DNA of 64,000 bases from contig SBGO01000356.1 in the NCBI GenBank assembly GCA_006226565.1, positions 748 through 64,747 on the forward strand, in the 5' to 3' direction. A program made the position numbers and the translations under genes. Shown here in pieces: positions 17,441 to 27,050 of this stretch (position 1 is the stretch's first letter; every line of letters starts with the position of its first letter). The notes under the pieces were generated by a model that ran no database searches, was not told the DNA's origin, and saw nothing but the letters and a program-made list of their open reading frames with translations. Origin of the DNA: Deltaproteobacteria bacterium (lineage in GTDB: Bacteria; Myxococcota_A; UBA9042; PHBI01).

Positions 17441-18682
17441 CTACCTCGCGTCCGTCACGAAGTTCGAGATTTCGGAGTCGCTAGGCGGACCGGCACTGCG
17501 CGCATGGTACAGGGCCTTGATGAACGTCTTGACGAACATCCGCCGAAAAGAAACATCGACGGTCTCGCGTAGCACGGCCCGTGCGACACGCTCAGCAATC
17601 CGAGCGCCGTCGCCGTCCGAAAGCTTCGGACTCAGACCGGCTGCATTGAACAGGGCAAGCAGCCGCTCGCCCAACGCGACGCAGAATCGCGTCTTGCTTC
17701 CGTCATCCTGGTAGCGATCGTCCAGAACGATCCGCGGCGCCGGAGGCAAGGTGGGGAAGCCTGTCGTCCGGACCCGCTGGTCGAGGGCCTGGTTGTCGGC
17801 GCTCAACATGCTCTTGAATTCGGTCCACCCCGGAATCGAATAGAGGAACATGACTCCGGGCCAGTCCGAGCCCTTGAGGGTCTCGTTGATGATCTGCACG
17901 AGGTTGTTCGAAGCGGTCTTTCGCTCCTTCGTGTTTGCGATGGACAGGGAGCGGTCCCCTTCGTCCATGATGAGAAGCAACCCCGGATAGCCGATCTGTC
18001 GGAGCCACACAGCGAGGGTGCGAATCGCCAGGGAACCACTGCGCACGTCGACCTTCTCGAGAACCCCCTTCCTCTTCAGCGCCGGGGCGATCATGCCCGA
18101 GTTGAGGTAGACCATGACCTCGTCGTATGTGGTGCTGTCACCCGACGCAACCGCGAGACCTGCGAGTTGGATGGCGATCCGCATGCTCGACAGTGGCAGG
18201 TCCCCCGCCTTTTGGAGCACCGACTGGGCGTACTGGACGCTATCACCGTCCCAGTCTGCAGGTGGTTCGACCCATGTCCGAATGATCTCTCCGATGCCGC
18301 GAGCGTTCGGGTGCCCTGGGCGCGGTGCCGTCAGCTGCTTGACGACGCTACTGTAGATGAGATCGAAGCGCGTAAGCGGGCAGGAGTCCTTGTTGAGCTC
18401 AATGAAAGCGCTTGCGAACCCGTGGCGGTGGGCTAGGCGCTCTACCGCCCGCAAATAGTGGGTCTTGCCACCACCGTAGTACGCTTCGACGAGCTTGAAG
18501 GTCCCCTGGTCCGTGTGGCGCAGAAGCCCATCCTCTCCGAAGTACTCCTCCTCGAACACGCGCAAATCGTCATCGATGCCAACCGAGATGAGGTTCGTCA
18601 CGCTGGGCGACGGTGCGACTCCGCCCACCAAGCTCTCGATCGCAGCGCGTGCATCATATCGATTGAGATCGGAAATGGTCAT
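17441..18682 (-). CDS. P-loop NTPase, BrxD-like (DUF2791-like) paralog A
   Basis: Walker A YYGGGKTHYL, Walker B LLLIMDEGD; AAGGAGA RBS; ATGA overlap with upstream gene. Confidence 0.75.
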   Translation of the reverse strand: MTISDLNRYDARAAIESLVGGVAPSPSVTNLISVGIDDDLRVFEEEYFGEDGLLRHTDQGTFKLVEAYYGGGKTHYLRAVERLAHRHGFASAFIELNKDSCPLTRFDLIYSSVVKQLTAPRPGHPNARGIGEIIRTWVEPPADWDGDSVQYAQSVLQKAGDLPLSSMRIAIQLAGLAVASGDSTTYDEVMVYLNSGMIAPALKRKGVLEKVDVRSGSLAIRTLAVWLRQIGYPGLLLIMDEGDRSLSIANTKERKTASNNLVQIINETLKGSDWPGVMFLYSIPGWTEFKSMLSADNQALDQRVRTTGFPTLPPAPRIVLDDRYQDDGSKTRFCVALGERLLALFNAAGLSPKLSDGDGARIAERVARAVLRETVDVSFRRMFVKTFIKALYHARSAGPPSDSEISNFVTDAR

Positions 18683-19494
18683 CGGTCGGTCTCCTTGCGT
18701 TTCGCGCTGAGATTGATCGCGGCGATTGGGCTGTGCTGCGACGGCTTCCGTGGATTGTCGTTCTTGGGAATGGAGACGTAGCGCGCTGGGTCTTTCGTGA
18801 CGTGTTGGGTCGCCCCCCTGAACGTCAGCTCCGGGTAGCCTTCGTCACGTCCATCGATAGCAAGACGCTGGATTCGCGCCAGGACATACCCGAACGCCTC
18901 GCGGGTGAGTTTGATCTTTGGAAATCCCGTGCCCGTGCCCAACTCCCGGCGTGCATCTTTTCCATAGATGCAGAACAGCCGCACCAGATTGACCGGGTGC
19001 TCCGTGGGCTCCGAGTATACTGCGTTCAGCCAATCGAGCCCGGCCGTGAGTCCCTTTGCTGCGTCCTGGACAAGCAGGAGAGCGTTCTCGATTCCCCTAA
19101 TAATCTCGAGCGCCGCTTCCGCCAGCTCTTCGGCACGCGTCGCTTCGATCTTCGCGACCGAGATGGTATCCAAGACCGTCAGATTCCATCGGCTCTCCCG
19201 CTCTTCATGCATCTCAACGCAGCCGAATGTTATCCGTGGCGGCCTGTACTCGAAGAAGCACTGTTCCCGCTCGGCGATCTGGCGCAGGTTCTTTCCTAGG
19301 TCCCGCCGCAGGTCCTCGGCCCGCTGCGAAGCGTCCGAGATCCAGCCATTCACGACTCCATCTGGAATGCCGAGAGCTTCTTGGACCCTGCGCGCGGCGC
19401 CCTCGAATCCAGAGACGTCACCCCGCTCCTTGAGAGCTTCCAAGGCAGACGCAACTTCATCGGTCTTGCGCGAGAAATCGACGGAAACGCGCAT
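18679..19494 (-). CDS. Hypothetical protein (271 aa), first gene of the BrxD-like/helicase module
   Basis: Start MRVSVDFSRKTDEV inside ORF 18679..19665; coupled to next gene. Confidence 0.55.
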   Translation of the reverse strand: MRVSVDFSRKTDEVASALEALKERGDVSGFEGAARRVQEALGIPDGVVNGWISDASQRAEDLRRDLGKNLRQIAEREQCFFEYRPPRITFGCVEMHEERESRWNLTVLDTISVAKIEATRAEELAEAALEIIRGIENALLLVQDAAKGLTAGLDWLNAVYSEPTEHPVNLVRLFCIYGKDARRELGTGTGFPKIKLTREAFGYVLARIQRLAIDGRDEGYPELTFRGATQHVTKDPARYVSIPKNDNPRKPSQHSPIAAINLSAKRKETDR

Positions 19495-20035
19495 CTTCGG
19501 ACCTAGCCCCCCTCGGCCTTTGGTGCTCAATCTGATCCTCGTTGTACTCTGGTTCTGTCGGGTTCCGTCCGTGAAGGCGGTACCCTCGCGGACGTTGGCA
19601 TCTTGGTGCTGACGCGCTCGGCGCTCGCAGCTGCGAGGCGACCACGAGACGCGCTCGCGTGTCAACGACCCGGAGTCTCCGAAATGTTACCAACAAGCGG
19701 ATGGCTGGTCGCTTTCGACCTCCAATCTGGTCGGATCGGGACCAGGCCAGCGGGAGCGAGTGTTGGGGCTGCATCCAGCGGGACCCGACGTTCTCGGACC
19801 AAGGGGGTCACGGTGCTGGCTGCAGCGACCTAGAGCCAAGCATCGCGATCGCGGAGCGAAGACGTTGAACCGTGGCGGGGGTGTCGGAGCGTCAGTACGT
19901 CGGAGACTCGGATTATGGGAACGACATCGAAGCCGTGCGGGAATGAGTTCCGCGAGCGTGCCGTGCTACGCTGATTGAAGACTCGGCTCCGCAAGCTCCA
20001 TGCCGACACAGCTGCCAGTAGCTGTCCTGGCTCGG

Positions 20036-20806
20036 TCATGACATTGCCGACACGGCCTTCAGCGTGACGGCGAGCTCGTACTCGAGCAACATGACATCGG
20101 CGACCTGAGACACCGCGTAGCGGATCCGGTCCGTGATGTGACCGGCGACGATGACTCCCCGGACCGGCTTGCCAACGGCCAGATGGTGGACGACCCAGCC
20201 CTTGTAGCGAAGCACCTGGCCGACGACCGCGTCCGGCCCCTTGCTGACCTTCAGCTCGATCACAACCAGCCCCTCGTTCGCGTCCTGGGCCAGGATGTCG
20301 ATGCGACCAACGGGCGTGGTGTACTCGACTCCGGCGTTCCCGTCTTCGTCGGCGTATAGGGACAGCCCCGGCTCGATGAGCTCCAAGTGGTCCGCTAGGT
20401 AGTCTCGGAGGTGGGCCTCAGCCGCAAAGATGCCCGACTCCGAAGGCACCGGCTCGGGCGCGTCAATGCGCCGGACCAGGTTGCGGCCATCTTCTTGCTC
20501 GACGATCTCCCAATCGCCGTGCTTCGCGGAATCGAAGAGCTCGAGTTCGCCCCGGGTCGGCCGGAACAGGAAGTCGTACTGGAGGTTCGCCTTCCGGGGC
20601 TTCTTGTTCTCCGGGTAGTGGACCCGCGAAGCGTGGTTCACCGTGCAAACGATGATCTGACAGGAGATGGTGTTCCGGTTGGTATCCGGCCAGCGCTCGA
20701 GGATCCAGTTTCGTACGGCGACGTTTGTCGTGGACGGTCCCAACTCGTCCACGGCGCGGCGGATCATCTGCCAGACGTAGGGGCGGTCTTCCGCGTTGGC
20801 GGTCAT
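20036..20806 (-). CDS. PD-(D/E)xK nuclease, NucS/DUF91-like C-terminal fold (GRIDILAQD...VVIELKVSKG)
   Basis: Nuclease motif in translation; AGGAGAG RBS. Confidence 0.65.
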   Translation of the reverse strand: MTANAEDRPYVWQMIRRAVDELGPSTTNVAVRNWILERWPDTNRNTISCQIIVCTVNHASRVHYPENKKPRKANLQYDFLFRPTRGELELFDSAKHGDWEIVEQEDGRNLVRRIDAPEPVPSESGIFAAEAHLRDYLADHLELIEPGLSLYADEDGNAGVEYTTPVGRIDILAQDANEGLVVIELKVSKGPDAVVGQVLRYKGWVVHHLAVGKPVRGVIVAGHITDRIRYAVSQVADVMLLEYELAVTLKAVSAMS

Positions 20807-20871
20807 AGGGAACTCTCCTGGGAACTCGTCGCCTCACCGGGATAGGCATCTCATCCTTCGCAAGGAGATGG

Positions 20872-21321
20872 TCAGTCGTCCTTCCATGCGAGGCGCTTCG
20901 GCTCCTCCTCGCCCCTCATCACGCGAACGAGGAAGTCGTAGTCGTCCTCCGTGACCTCGATGATGCCGCCCTTGCAGTAGATGTAGTTCGACGGTGTCGT
21001 CTTCATTTCGCTCGGGAAGCACGACAGCGACCACAGAGTGTCGGCCACCGGGCGGGCGAAGCCGGACTCGGTGAAGGCCACATTGCAGCGGTGCTCATAG
21101 ACCTTGCCGCCCGAGAAGATGGGCGTGTCGTCCACGAAGGTCTCGCCAGCAACCGTGCCGATGCCGTCGAGCTGCTGCACCCGCGAGAGGTACGCGAGGA
21201 ACGGGTCGCCGACGGAGAGCTCCTTCAAGAGCTTTCGGGCGCCTGTGCGGACGCCGATGGTGCGGTGCGCCTTCACGTCCCCGTACGTCTCGGGGCGGAA
21301 CATCATCAGCCAGTATTTCAT
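20872..21321 (-). CDS. EVE (PUA-like) domain protein
   Basis: Start MKYWLMMFRPETY with GGAGGG RBS; EVE-typical N-terminal motif; ~149 aa. Confidence 0.65.
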   Translation of the reverse strand: MKYWLMMFRPETYGDVKAHRTIGVRTGARKLLKELSVGDPFLAYLSRVQQLDGIGTVAGETFVDDTPIFSGGKVYEHRCNVAFTESGFARPVADTLWSLSCFPSEMKTTPSNYIYCKGGIIEVTEDDYDFLVRVMRGEEEPKRLAWKDD

Positions 21322-21443
21322 GTCGTCCCTCCGTCGAATTGGCGCCTCAGCAACGCCATGCACAGTGAGTCAGCCTAGACGGCGTTGTGCTTCGCCTCTG
21401 GAGCTGCAGGATGCCGGGTCCCGAGTCTCTCGCCGTACGCACA

Positions 21444-22187
21444 TCAGAGACCGCCTCGTTCAAGTTCTACGAAGTCGGTGTCCAGGCCCTGTCGATGCAC
21501 TCGGAACTGCGACATGCCGCGGATGTGGCTTGAGTTCACGTCGACCTCAAAGGGGAACATGGCAGGATGCCCGGTCAGCTGGTCAATGGGGACCGACGCA
21601 TCCTCGGCGTCCACGAGAAGCGCCTCGAGGAGCAGGGTGCCGACTGCTGGCCCGACCTTCCTTCGCCATGGCGCAGCCTCATACATCCCGCGAATGGCCG
21701 TGTCCCGGAGGACGCCCCACTGGACCATCGAGCGGACGATCCGCTGCCCGGCACGTACAAGTGTCGAGCGGCCACCCCACGCGCCAACGAGGCGCCGCGT
21801 CAGGTGCGCGAGTGTGAAGCTTCCTTGGAGGGTCAGGAGACGCCCGATCGCTGCGGCGGCGTCCGTGAACACCGGGTAGGTACCGACCATCATCGCCCAA
21901 TGGATGGCGATGCGCGCGTCCGGCTCGCTCCCCGCGAGCTGAGCTATCGCCCTCACACGGAGCGGCGCTGCCGGTTCGGGGACTTCACCCCAGATGTGAT
22001 TCAAGACGGTGACCGTCTTGCCTCGAGCACTGTTGGACTTGTCTCCGCTCACGACGCCGTCGAGCAGATTCCAGAGGTAGGCGCGCATGTCGTCGTTCGG
22101 TGCGCCCGCAGCGGCTTGAGCTGCGGCAGCATCAAGCCAATCGAGATCGATTCGTCGATCGAAGCCGATGTTCGCCCGTCGGTTCAT
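21444..22187 (-). CDS. Hypothetical protein, positional equivalent of BrxA in type-3 BREX (247 aa)
   Basis: ATGA overlap with pglZ stop; assignment by position/size only. Confidence 0.5.
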   Translation of the reverse strand: MNRRANIGFDRRIDLDWLDAAAAQAAAGAPNDDMRAYLWNLLDGVVSGDKSNSARGKTVTVLNHIWGEVPEPAAPLRVRAIAQLAGSEPDARIAIHWAMMVGTYPVFTDAAAAIGRLLTLQGSFTLAHLTRRLVGAWGGRSTLVRAGQRIVRSMVQWGVLRDTAIRGMYEAAPWRRKVGPAVGTLLLEALLVDAEDASVPIDQLTGHPAMFPFEVDVNSSHIRGMSQFRVHRQGLDTDFVELERGGL

Positions 22188-24214
22188 CGGGACTCCGTGA
22201 TGCGCACAAACGGGACCATGACCTCTTCTAGCGCGATGCCGCCGTGGCTCACAGATTCCTTGCCCTCCGGCATGAAGCAGGCACCGTACGGCGCGATCAG
22301 CGGGAAGTAGTCATGAGGAAGGCCGATCTGCGGCCACTCGACAGCGTCGGGGTACATGGGCGCGGTGTTGTCGCGGAAGTGCTTGTCGCGGAAGATGTGC
22401 GCGCGCTCACCGCGCTGCTGCGCTGTGGCTCCGACATCGGGCTTCCCGAAGCCTCGTCCGAAAACGTTGCCGTGGTCCGCCGTGATGAACACAGCAAACC
22501 CGCGTTGAATCAGTCCATCCACAAGGCCGGCGAGCTGCCCGGTTCGAGCCCACACTTCCACGAGACCGTGCAGCCCAGGCGTCCCAAGCCCGACTTGGTG
22601 CATGTTCTGGTCGATGAGGCCAATCACCGCGCCGATGACGCGGACAGCGTAGTCGTCGGCAGCGCGCAAGATGTCCGCCTCGATGGGCTCGAACGACTCC
22701 TTCTTCCCCTGAGGCTTCAGATACTGGATGGCCCGCTCCGGTAGACCTCGGTCCTGCCAGAAGTTGAACCAGTGCTGAAGCTCTCGGTGCGTGCCCTCGA
22801 TACTGGTTGCGAACTCCATGGGAACGCGTCCAGAGAAGATAGCTTGACGACCGATCTGCGTCAGAGTCGGGATCCAACTGAAGATCGCGTGCTCGTCGAC
22901 GTGGTGGCGTTCGAGAGTAGGCCGCAGGATGCGCCACTGGTCGATCGCCATTCCGTCGATGACGAGGAGCGCCACACGCTCTGTGCCGGCCTGTCCGAGG
23001 TGGTGCGCGAGGTAGTGCGGCACCTGATGTCCGAGCACCGGATGCGGTAGGTAGGGAAGCGTGGACATCGGCCCGAAGCGCCGCAGGAGCCATGTGGAGA
23101 ACGCCGCCTGCACACGGTCGACAAACGCGACCGCGTCTGCTTCGCTCTGGGGATCTCGGTCCGGGAAGGTCTGCCATCGCAGGCGCACCCAGGTGCCCCA
23201 TCGAAGGCTATAGTCCTGCCAATCCTGGTGCGTCGCGCAGTCGGCGTCAGGGAGCGTCGAGTCGAGCTCGCCGAGCAGGTGGATGAACCGGCCGTCGGCG
23301 CTCGACGCGGGTGACCCCGCAATGCCGACACCAAACCAGCGGTCGTCGTCGATCGGGCGTACGGCGGCCGTTGGTTCGAGCAGCCCCTCGACGAAGAGGT
23401 TGTCCATGTAGACGCGAACGTCGTCGTGGTCGAACGGCAGATTCATGGGCCCCGAGATGCTCGGGCCCGCCGGCTCGCGTCCAACCTCCACCTCCAAACC
23501 CTGGCCTTGGAGGAAGCGCGGCCACCGCTCACCCAAGAACGCCAGGAACGCCTCGCGATCCGGCACGATCCGTTCGAGTGGCCACGACCGCCACTTCTCG
23601 TCTCGAGTGAGAATCTCGATGAAGCGCGCGTCGAGGCCATCTGGAAGGGTCTGCGATCGATAGTGGCGACGAAGCAGAACACGAAGAAGGTCAGCCGGTT
23701 GCTTGATCAGCTCGGGAGCAATCTCGAAGACATGGCGCAGTATGAAGTCTCGGGTGCTATTGGTTCCGAGGTTGTCAGGGTCGGCCTTGTCTAGCGCGCG
23801 GGCGAGCGCATCGAAATGCTGCGGGTCCAGCTCCGCTACAGCGTTGGGTGCCAGCGCCGGGAAGATGTGAACGAGGCTGAACGACAATACGCGTCCGTTC
23901 TCCTGAGCCTCTTCGAGCAGGTCGTGCGGGATATGCTTCGGATCACCATGGTCAGTGCGAATCACCACGACAAGGTGCGTGGCTTCACCTCGGTCCCAGT
24001 GCTGCCGGAAGCGGCTCTCGTAGGCGTAGCGGAAGGCGATCGGGTCCCCGAAGGTGATGAGCTCGAACCCGCGGGCAGCCAAGCGCTCGACAACGCCGGG
24101 CTCAGTGAGTAGCTCATCGGGGTCGCTCACCACAGTGAGCCTGCCAGCCTTGGCGCTGGCCTCGCTGAAGTGCTGCAGGATTGGACCGCGCCAGCCGTCG
24201 CGTCGCTGCGTCAC
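22184..24214 (-). CDS. pglZ: PglZ-domain protein (alkaline-phosphatase superfamily; ITADHGN motif)
   Basis: PglZ motifs; GTGA overlap with upstream helicase gene. Confidence 0.85.
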   Translation of the reverse strand: MTQRRDGWRGPILQHFSEASAKAGRLTVVSDPDELLTEPGVVERLAARGFELITFGDPIAFRYAYESRFRQHWDRGEATHLVVVIRTDHGDPKHIPHDLLEEAQENGRVLSFSLVHIFPALAPNAVAELDPQHFDALARALDKADPDNLGTNSTRDFILRHVFEIAPELIKQPADLLRVLLRRHYRSQTLPDGLDARFIEILTRDEKWRSWPLERIVPDREAFLAFLGERWPRFLQGQGLEVEVGREPAGPSISGPMNLPFDHDDVRVYMDNLFVEGLLEPTAAVRPIDDDRWFGVGIAGSPASSADGRFIHLLGELDSTLPDADCATHQDWQDYSLRWGTWVRLRWQTFPDRDPQSEADAVAFVDRVQAAFSTWLLRRFGPMSTLPYLPHPVLGHQVPHYLAHHLGQAGTERVALLVIDGMAIDQWRILRPTLERHHVDEHAIFSWIPTLTQIGRQAIFSGRVPMEFATSIEGTHRELQHWFNFWQDRGLPERAIQYLKPQGKKESFEPIEADILRAADDYAVRVIGAVIGLIDQNMHQVGLGTPGLHGLVEVWARTGQLAGLVDGLIQRGFAVFITADHGNVFGRGFGKPDVGATAQQRGERAHIFRDKHFRDNTAPMYPDAVEWPQIGLPHDYFPLIAPYGACFMPEGKESVSHGGIALEEVMVPFVRITESR

Positions 24215-27042
24215 GCCGCACCTCCGGTTCGTGCGACCGCGACGAGGAGCATGGGGCTCAGCTCGGGAAGGCCGTGTTCACGGGCCTCGCGGTCGCGCCG
24301 CCAGGCGGCCTCTTCGTCTGCGAGTTGTGCCAGCCGGTGATTGCGGACCTGCGGCAGCCCGAGTCGCTCGATCGCGCGCCGCCGAGCGGAGAAGGCGACG
24401 TTCATCTTCCGCGATTCTTTCGCCAGGCGCTCGCGGTGCCGCTGCAGAAGCTCGTGGAATGCAGCCTTCCCGTGCTGCTCCGCAGCAGTTCGGGACTGCT
24501 CGAACGCCTGCTCCGCTGCTCCGTCCGTCGTCGCAGCCGTTGGCAGCACCTCGATCCCTTCGACTAGCTCGACCAAGCGGTCCCACACCACGCGCGCCGT
24601 GGGGCCGAGCGTCTGTCCTTCCGGCGTGACGAAGATCGGTAGAACGCGCTGCTCCCGGCCGTCGAAAGTCGAGAGAGACACGCGCCACAAGGACCAGAAG
24701 CCGGCGACCTTGTCCGATACACCAGGGATCACGAGCTGCGCGACTCGCATTCCGGGCGCATACGGCGGAACCCGCGTGGTGAGGCCACGAACGCGCGGAT
24801 CCTCGATGGTGAGGAGCGTCTTGCTGGGATCAGCGGATGCCGAACGACTGAACGACGCTCCGGCAGTCCTCCCCCCGTCGGGCCACGAGATGTCGTAGAC
24901 TCCTGGCGAGTCGCTTCTGATGGAGGCTCCACGGGCGGCCTGCGAGCGCAACCACGCGAGGGTCATCCGTTCGGTCCAGAACGGCATCCGGTGCCCAGCG
25001 ACCTTCTTGGCTGCCGATGGGTCCAGCTCCTCGGTGGCGGCCAGCACCGACGAGCCTTCGCGAGCCGATCGTGCTCGCGCTCGAATGGACTCGGCCAGCG
25101 CTTCCGCTCGCGCCTCGGCTTCCTCGGGCGAAAGCACTGCACCGAAATAGAGCTGCTCGAAGTCGACACCACCCTCCTCGGAGTCCAGCACGTCGGAGAG
25201 CTTGTCTACCCCGAACTCCTCGAGGATGCGCTGGAGCTTCTCCTCGAGAACCTCACGCACCCGCAGCTCGACCGTGTCCTCAAGGGCGAAGTTGAGCGCC
25301 CGTACGATGTGCTTCTGCCCGATGCGGTCGACGCGCCCGATTCGCTGCTCCAGCTTCATCGGATTCCACGGTAGGTCGTAGTTCACGATGACGTGGCAGA
25401 ACTGTAGGTTGAGGCCCTCGCCGCCGGCGTCGGTCGAGATGAGCACCTGCGCGTCTCCGGCGAAGGCGTGCTGCACCGACTTGCGAGCCTCGAGGTCCAT
25501 CGAGCCGTTGAGGCAAGCCACTGTGTAGCCACGTTGCTCCAGAAACTCGGCGAGCATCGCCTGCGTCGGAACGAACTCCGTGAAAACGAGCACCTTGAGC
25601 GACGGGTCGTTTTCTTCGCGTTGCAGCTTCTGTATCCACGCGAGAAGCGTCTCGGCCTTGCCGTCTGGAGCCCGCGCCTCGCATCGCCGGGCGGCTGAGA
25701 GGAGGAGCTCGACCTCGGCGCGTTCACTCTTCAACCCCTTCAGCCTGCTCTGAAGGAGCGATTCCATCTGCTCTTGCCCGTCGAGCTCGACCCAGTCGTC
25801 GCCCACCTCCTCGCCGAAGAGCGAGAGCTGCCCGGATGGAAGCTCGAGCACCTCGAGCCGCCGCTCGAGCGCCGTTCGAATCGCGGCCGTGCTCGATGTC
25901 ACCAACCGCTGCATCAGGATCATCAAGAACCCGATCGCGTTACGTTTCTCGCGCACCGCCTGGTTGTAGCCTTCGCGCACATACTCTGTGACGGCATCGT
26001 ACAGCGCCCGCTGCTCATGGCGCGATGCGTCCCACTCCACCGAGACGATCTGGGTGAAGCGGGGCAGGAAGAGGGGCTTGCCGTCAGCGTCGATGGCGCG
26101 CCGCTTCTCGGTCCGGATGACATACGGCGCTACGTTCTCGCGGGTGACTGACTCGTCGTCGGGAAGCGCATCTGCGTCGAGGAACGCCACCAGCCGACGG
26201 AATGCGTCGGTCTTGCCTTGGTGCGGAGTCGCTGAGAGCAGGAGCAAGTACGGCGCTGCCTGGGCGAGCGCGTCACCGAGCCGATAGCGGGCGACCTGCT
26301 CCGTGCTGCCCCCAAGCCGATGGGCCTCGTCGATGATCACCAGGTCCCAGCCGGCGGACACAACGTCTTCGAAGCGCTCGCGGTTGTAACGAGCTGTCTG
26401 CTCTCGCGACCAACCGCGGCGGGCATCCATCGGTTTGATCGAATCGAGCGGACAGACGACCTGATCGTGCAGTCGCCAGAGGTTCTCCTTCTCGTCGACA
26501 CCAGACAGCTGCCGCCAAGCCTGGAAGTTGCCAGGCTGCACGAGCCGGAAATCCTCGCTGAAGTGGGTCTCCATCTCGCTGACCCACTGGCTCGTGAGTC
26601 CCGCAGGCGCCACGACGAGGATACGGCGTGCCAAGCCTCGAACCTTGAGCTCCCGCAGGATGAGACCCGCCTCGATCGTCTTGCCGAGGCCGACCTCGTC
26701 GGCGAGCAGGTACCGGACGCGATCTCCCGACATCGCCCGCTGGAGCGCGTAGAGCTGGTGCGGAAGTGGGATGACCGAACCTTCGAGCGGCGCCACCAGT
26801 GCGTCATGCTCGAGTGCGTCGAGGATACGCGCAGCCGCGGCAACGTAGCTGAGCTGATTCAGCGATGGCGGATCCGCATCCGCGAGCGGCTTGATGCGAC
26901 TTCGGTGCAAGCGCACGACGGAATCGCGTCGGGCGAGCCACACGTGCGCCGTCTCCGTACCCCACACGGAGTCCACCGTGATGACGCGGCACGGCTCGTC
27001 GTGGTCGATGCTGAAGCACCAGTCGCCCCCAGCCACGCCCAT
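24211..27042 (-). CDS. brxHII: SNF2-family helicase (BrxHII-like)
   Basis: SNF2_N motifs GLGKTIEA, VIIDEAHRLGG, LLLSATPHQGK; helicase-C DLPWNPMKLEQRIGRVDRIGQ. Confidence 0.85.
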   Translation of the reverse strand: MGVAGGDWCFSIDHDEPCRVITVDSVWGTETAHVWLARRDSVVRLHRSRIKPLADADPPSLNQLSYVAAAARILDALEHDALVAPLEGSVIPLPHQLYALQRAMSGDRVRYLLADEVGLGKTIEAGLILRELKVRGLARRILVVAPAGLTSQWVSEMETHFSEDFRLVQPGNFQAWRQLSGVDEKENLWRLHDQVVCPLDSIKPMDARRGWSREQTARYNRERFEDVVSAGWDLVIIDEAHRLGGSTEQVARYRLGDALAQAAPYLLLLSATPHQGKTDAFRRLVAFLDADALPDDESVTRENVAPYVIRTEKRRAIDADGKPLFLPRFTQIVSVEWDASRHEQRALYDAVTEYVREGYNQAVREKRNAIGFLMILMQRLVTSSTAAIRTALERRLEVLELPSGQLSLFGEEVGDDWVELDGQEQMESLLQSRLKGLKSERAEVELLLSAARRCEARAPDGKAETLLAWIQKLQREENDPSLKVLVFTEFVPTQAMLAEFLEQRGYTVACLNGSMDLEARKSVQHAFAGDAQVLISTDAGGEGLNLQFCHVIVNYDLPWNPMKLEQRIGRVDRIGQKHIVRALNFALEDTVELRVREVLEEKLQRILEEFGVDKLSDVLDSEEGGVDFEQLYFGAVLSPEEAEARAEALAESIRARARSAREGSSVLAATEELDPSAAKKVAGHRMPFWTERMTLAWLRSQAARGASIRSDSPGVYDISWPDGGRTAGASFSRSASADPSKTLLTIEDPRVRGLTTRVPPYAPGMRVAQLVIPGVSDKVAGFWSLWRVSLSTFDGREQRVLPIFVTPEGQTLGPTARVVWDRLVELVEGIEVLPTAATTDGAAEQAFEQSRTAAEQHGKAAFHELLQRHRERLAKESRKMNVAFSARRRAIERLGLPQVRNHRLAQLADEEAAWRRDREAREHGLPELSPMLLVAVARTGGAA

Positions 27043-27050
27043 CGTTCACC

